Notes under the pieces: model-generated
Databases searched by the model: none
What the model saw: only the letters and a program-made list of their open reading frames with translations
Told to the model about the DNA's origin: nothing
In this document: positions 57,731 to 64,000 of the stretch, piece by piece
How positions within the stretch are numbered: position 1 is the stretch's first letter
Layout: every line of letters begins with the position of its first letter
NCBI RefSeq assembly: GCF_009914755.1
Contig: NC_060928.1
Reading direction: 5' to 3' (one strand)
DNA: 64,000 nucleotides
Source of the DNA: the human T2T-CHM13v2.0 reference genome, Homo sapiens
Made by a program: the position numbers and the translations under genes

Positions 57731-57915
57731 ATGTATGGTATTAAACTCTGGTATTTTAGCTTTAGTCTCTTTGGAAAAATGGGAAATACAGGGGATTTAT
57801 AAAATTCTATTTTCATCTTTAAAATATTTCAGTAGTATATTGGGGTGTTCCTGTATCAAATTTCAGCATATATGAACCATTGATACCTAGGCACAGAAGC
57901 ATTGTAGCTAATCTA

Positions 57916-58333
<418 letters not shown>

Positions 58334-61300
58334 TTACTGTTTCACCCAAATTAATTCACACTGAAATGTTAAATGACTTCCCTGTGGTGAGTGGTAGACA
58401 CACCTATTAAAATGCTTTTGGCTTCCTCTCTTGAAAGCAAGCATAGAAATAATTTTTAATAGAAAGAAAAAAGGGTAGACTGATAATGCAGTTTGTGTAG
58501 AGTCTTCAAATATTTGTACATTCTTTGAATTTTGGATTTTCTTCAAGATTCTGGCAGCATGTTACTCCACTGCCAGAATCTTGTAGTCAAATAGTAGTAG
58601 TATCCTAGAAGCCAAAAGAGAATTTAGAGAAAGAGAGAATCACTAGTGGCTACTGTTAAATGGAAGTCCAAACAGATAAGTGGAAAATGGGCATTTGTAT
58701 GAATTTTGGGAAGCGTTAGTGCCCTTAACAGTAAGAATTTGGTTAGAATTGTGGTGGATTCAAAGGCTGACAGTAAACATCTGGGGAGTAAGTGGAGACC
58801 AGCAAATAGAGACTGATGTTTTAAGATGCTTAACTCCAAAGGAAGGATGAGAGTAAGGCTCCAGCTCCAGGGATGTGCCAGCTGAAAGCTGTAGAATTAC
58901 CTACTTTTGGTAGAAATCTTTGAAAATCCTGAAAAATATAAGAAAAGGAAAGAAAATTGTTCAAGTCCATAACCTTAAAATTGTTATCAGTTTCATCTTT
59001 ACTTTGTTATCATTATAATCACTTTATATATACATATATATCATATACATAATTTTATTTCTGATCTTCTTAGTGTTATGTTACAAGTATTTTCTGATAT
59101 TAAAATTATTTTCAAACATTATTTTTGAAGTTCTATAATTTTCCATGATAAAAATATAGTGTAATTAAATTAATCTACTGTTGGCTTTATAGTGGTTTCT
59201 GGCTGTTTGCTGTTGGCTATGAATGCAATGGACATTTTTCTACATAAGTATTGGTATCTCTGTAGTGTTATAAAATAATATGCCAGTTGTATTTCATAAC
59301 ATTTACACCAGTTTACATTTTCACCAACTTCTTAAGACTACACTGTGCCTTTGCAAGAGTTGAGCATTATCACTAAAAATAACATCCTTGCCGGTTTTAT
59401 AAGAGACAAGTCTAATTTGTTCATTTGTTCAGTCATTCCACTGTAGCCCTGTCAATGCCTCATACCACTTTTCAGAACTCATGTGTATTTATTTTCTTTT
59501 ATATTCTTCACTCAAATTTCCAGTGGAGCTTCGGGAGAAAAGGAATGGAAACACTTGTTTTAATCTGCCATTTTAAACTGGAAACCTCTGCTTGCTCCAG
59601 ATGTTCTAAACATTCCAAAAATATTAATGATTGTGCATTTAAATCTAATATTTGTAAAAGCAATTGTTTGCTTTGCTTTATGCTTATTTTTTTCTCTTTC
59701 CAGATAATCCTTTAAAGCTAAACATTTTTAATGGATTTATCTAAAAACTTTTAACACTGTGCTATTCAATTTACTTTAAGGAAGGTTTAAGGTAAAAAAT
59801 ATAGTGATTTTATTTTTCAAATATAAAGCAAATTTTTAACACTATTGAATAAGTTTTTCTTTCCTCATCTATTTGTGGTACTTCCTTCGTCATCTATTAG
59901 GCTTATATTTATTCAGGGAATTCCAATAGGCTTCCTACACTGATGCATTGATTTCATGTAGAATTCTTGGGCTAATTCCAGTTTTTAATTATTGGGTTTT
60001 AAAATATGTTTTAAGATTTATATGGATATCCCAAATCATTACTGTTTCTTTTTCAAAAATGTATTCTCTCTTCTTTTTATATTTTTCCAATGAACATAGG
60101 TATAATTTTGATTAAATTTCGAACAAAACCCAACAATCATCCAGTGGGATTTGGAAGAAATGTATCAGTCTATTTATAACATGGGAAGGATTAACTTTTA
60201 GAATATTTTCTTTTGTGAAAACAAAAGTGTTTCTATACATTTAGAAAATATTCCTGTGTATATATCTTCAGGGGAAGTCTGGCCATGTTACAGGCAACAA
60301 ATATTCTATGTTGGTAATGTAAAAGGTATATTGTACACTTTATTGTTATTGTGAATGAAGTATTTTTTCATCATATGTTACTTTAAAATAATATTTATTT
60401 TTATTTCAGTGAGAGTAACACATGCGCACTGTGGATTCCTTTGTGAATACATAAAAGGAAAAGTTAAAACTCTTATAATTCACACTATCCAGAGAAAAAC
60501 AATACTATTTTGGCAAGTATCATTCCCATATGTGTACACATGTATATATTTTGCAAAGTGCTACATGATGTTTATAATGTTTAGTATCCTAATTTTCAGT
60601 CAACATTTAATCTTGAATATCTTATGCCATATTCTTTTTATAAGATTTTTCTAGTGGCTGCATTATATGAATGAATGACAGTGTATTTAACCAATCCCCA
60701 GTTGTTGAGAATTTAACATAACTTCAAGATTTGCAGATGGTAATAATCCTCTCCTGCACTAAATGAAATCAGGAGAATACTTAGGGAAGTGAAATATCTA
60801 TTATGTATGTTGCAGGTTGTATTTCTGAGATATCATTTGTCATTATATTTGTTTATGGTGCATTTGATATGTCTGCATATTTTATTTGTATTGCTTAGTT
60901 TGTTTTCTATTGAGTATTTTTCAGGTTTCTTTAATATAAATAATATTGGCTATTATAATAACATAATTATATTAAAATATAAGATAATTATATCTTGACA
61001 ATGCTATTCTAAAATATAAGCAGTTCATTAAAAATTATGTGATTTCTTTTTACTTTGTAGTAATTACTGAAATAAAATATTAAAATTAAAAAGGAAGAAT
61101 TAAACAAAAGCACAGTGAAAGCATTTGTTCTCTATGATCATTTTTGTTTTAAGTTATTTATGATAGATAAAGTAGTTTTAACTGTAACTGAACAGAGTGT
61201 ACCTATGGTCTGCTCAGCTAGATCCAGAACCCAGTGGAGAGACCAGTTTTCTACCATTGTTCCATCATCAAGTACTCACCTCTCGAATATGCAAGAAGTG

Positions 61301-62941
61301 ACAGCAGTGAGCAGTAGCTGCTGGAATACCTACCTGTTTTGGCATTAGTCTTATCCCTGGAGTTCATATTTCCTTGTAAAATATCTCATTTTTCCTTCTT
61401 CAGATTTGTGAGAAGGCAACATTGGAGAGACACATAGGTGAGGCAGTACAGTAGAATAAACATTTGGAAGGTTTTTCTAAGATCAGCTCCTTAATTTTCT
61501 TTCTTCACTGATCTTGTAATTGTAGTCAACTTTACTATAGAATCAGTATCTTCTCCAAAGTTAATTATTTTTAAAGCCTTATAATAATGTAAGTGACATT
61601 TATATTATATGTTTGTAATGTGCATTACTTTTACTTATTCTTAATGGTATAATTTCAACTTTCAAATAGTTTGAAACTTCCCTTAGAGTAGGAGAGGAAA
61701 AAAGCATCTGGAAATATATGTATTTTAGAGTTCAATCTTGTTATTGGAAGAATCTATTAGTTGCCTGCTATTGATTTCTTTACATTGCTTGTAGTGTTTG
61801 AATGTTTAGAAGGTATAGTTGTTAAAACTGCGTTTAGATGTTGGGAATTTATACAAATAGGAGGGTTAATGTATTCTAAGGAGTAAAAATAGATATCAAT
61901 TTGGTTATATGTGTGTTGGTGATGTGTGTATAAATCTATTTTGAGATTTTTGAAATGTGTCCAGTTTGCATGAGCAATTGTTTAGATCTTTTTTCTATTT
62001 GGGGGTCTAATTTAGAGTCTAAGAATTCATTATATTGAATAGGTTGGTGGGTGTATTTGCACACTATATGGTCCCCACGTATAGTATATTTATCTCTAAA
62101 AACAATAAAAGACAACTTTATTACACATATCTGTTAACATGAAAAGGTAGGAGAAGTACTGGCCCTCAAGTGTACAGGCATCCTCTGACTTGACATTTGC
62201 ACCTGAGTTAAAGGTACAACATAGAAGTGTGGTCTGAGACATAATCATTCATCAGTCCTTTTTCAATAAGTATTTACTGAGATCCATTAACCCTCTTGAG
62301 CTTTTCTATTAAAAGTTTCTCTTTTACATAATGCCCTGAAATGCATCAGCAAATTGACATAGATTACATAAATATAGATTGCTAGGACAACTATGGTATT
62401 TAGGTAAAGGGAAAATATATGTTAAAGATCATTTTTCCTCTGGAAAAAAGTCTTTTCTGCAGAATTACCAAACTACCATTCAAAATAATTATTTTCTAAA
62501 ACAATCTTTCTTTGGTATGCTTTGATTATAACTGCAAATGTAACCATTGAATTAAAATGATTTAAATAAGAGACACGTGCTGATATACCTGGAAATTAAA
62601 AAGGTCAGCTCTTCTTCCTGGGATTAACATTGACATTCAATTAGAAGATGAACAGATGTTCCATAGATATTTCATAGATATTCTTCCAAAAAGATATATT
62701 ATGTGTCATTCAGCCTTATCAAAATGTTATTTCAAATGTTTGAAAATAGTTTACTGATTCAATTTTCTTCCCAAACAGATCCATTTTTAATATATTTCAG
62801 TTTATGTCAACTTTGCTTTCAATTCTATACTTAAACATAATTGATCTTTCAAAAATAAAGAGGTAATTAGAACAAATATCAGGATAATTTTTAATAGTGG
62901 TTTTTTTTGTATGTTAGTGTATAATACTATAGAATGCATTC

Positions 62942-63745
62942 TTTTTTTTTATTATTATACTTTAAGTTTTAGGGTACATGTGCACAATGTGCAGGTTAGT
63001 TACATATGTATACATGTGACATACTGGTGTGCTGCGCCCACTAACTTGTCATCTAGCATTAGGTATATATCCCAATGCTATCCCTCCCCCCTCCCCCCAC
63101 CCCACAACAGTCCCCAGAGTGTGATGTTCCCCCTCCTGTGTCCATGTGTTCCCATTGTTCAATTCCCACCTATGAGTGAGAATATGCGGTGTTTGGTTTT
63201 TTGTTCTTGCGATGGTTTACTGAGAATGATGATTTCCAATTTCATCCATGTCCCTACAAAGGACATGAACTCATCATTTTTTATGGCTGCATAGTATTCC
63301 ATGGTGTATATGTGCCACATTTTCTTAATCCAGTCTATCATTGTTGGACATTTGGCTTGGTTCCAAGTCTTTGCTATTGTGAATAGTGCCGCAATAAACA
63401 TACGTGTGCATGTGTCTTTATAGCAGCATGATTTATAGTCCTTTGGGTATATACCCAGTAATGGGATGGCTGGGTTCTAGATCCCTGAGGAATCGCCACA
63501 TTGACTTGCACAATGGTTGAACTAGTTTACAGTCCCACCAACAGTGTAAAAGTGTTCCTATTTCTCCACATCCTCTCCGGCACCTGTTGTTTCCTGACTT
63601 TTTAATGATTGCCATTCTAACTGGTGTGAGATGATATCTCATTGTGGTTTTGATTTGCATTTCTCTGATGGCCAGTGATGGTGAGCATTTTTTCATGTGT
63701 TTTTTGGCTGCATAAATGTCTTCTTTTGAGAAGTGTCTGTTCATG
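62942..63745 (-). mobile_element. Young L1PA (approx. PA2-4) 3' fragment, 5'-truncated
   Basis: Poly-T, 3'UTR, and ORF2 C-terminus ([21 protein letters not shown]...; MFIAALFTIAKTWNQ...FSLIGGN). Confidence 0.95.
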
Positions 63746-63868
63746 ATTTTTTTTTTTAGACAAAGTATTAGATCAGATATTTTTGGGGAAAAATGCTTTG
63801 TGATTGCTTGTTTTGAATGGTGAGCATTGTATTTTGTTTTAAGTTGTTTTCTGGTTGTTATTACAGCT

Positions 63869-64000
63869 ATGAAGTCTTACACTCCATATTTCATTCTCCT
63901 GTGGAGTGCTGTTGGGATAGCGAAGGCTGCCAAAATCATCATCGTGCCGCCAATTATGTTTGAAAGCCATATGTACATTTTCAAGACGCTAGCCTCAGCC
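63869..64000 (+). CDS. UGT8: UDP-galactose:ceramide galactosyltransferase, N-terminal 44 codons (continues beyond window)
   Basis: Translates to [44 protein letters not shown], the signal peptide and UGT N-terminus (SH motif) that I recognise as UGT8/CGT. It is preceded by the acceptor ttgttattacag|CT-ATG, so the exon starts at 63867. Confidence 0.96.
   Translation, partial: MKSYTPYFILLWSAVGIAKAAKIIIVPPIMFESHMYIFKTLASA

Noticed and set aside
60410-60516. Possible cassette exon after tttttatttcag
   Set aside because: Donor candidates (TG|GCAAGT, CAA|GTATCA) are weak and the region looks like old L1M sequence.

Overview
Repeat-rich primate (most likely human) genomic DNA containing the 5' end of UGT8 (ceramide galactosyltransferase) on the + strand. 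The gene has a CpG-island promoter with a non-coding first exon (donor at 39999/40000), a ~23.9-kb intron 1, and the first coding exon starting at 63867 (ATG at 63869, running off the window). Upstream lie a degenerate two-LTR ERV3-like provirus (29235-37372, - strand, tRNA-Pro PBS, AATT target-site duplication) that ends ~2 kb before the island, a near-full-length old L1, a nested MER4-group ERV region, and many Alu, MIR, L2, MaLR and hAT elements. Almost all ORFs in the supplied track are repeat-derived or spurious. I see no clearly new biological system. The best leads are an L1 5'UTR-only remnant in intron 1 whose antisense promoter faces the UGT8 coding exon and which lacks a probable ZNF93-binding core, the deleted provirus beside the promoter, and several templated or palindromic micro-rearrangements. 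Repeat subfamily names come from recalled consensus sequences and need RepeatMasker/Dfam confirmation.
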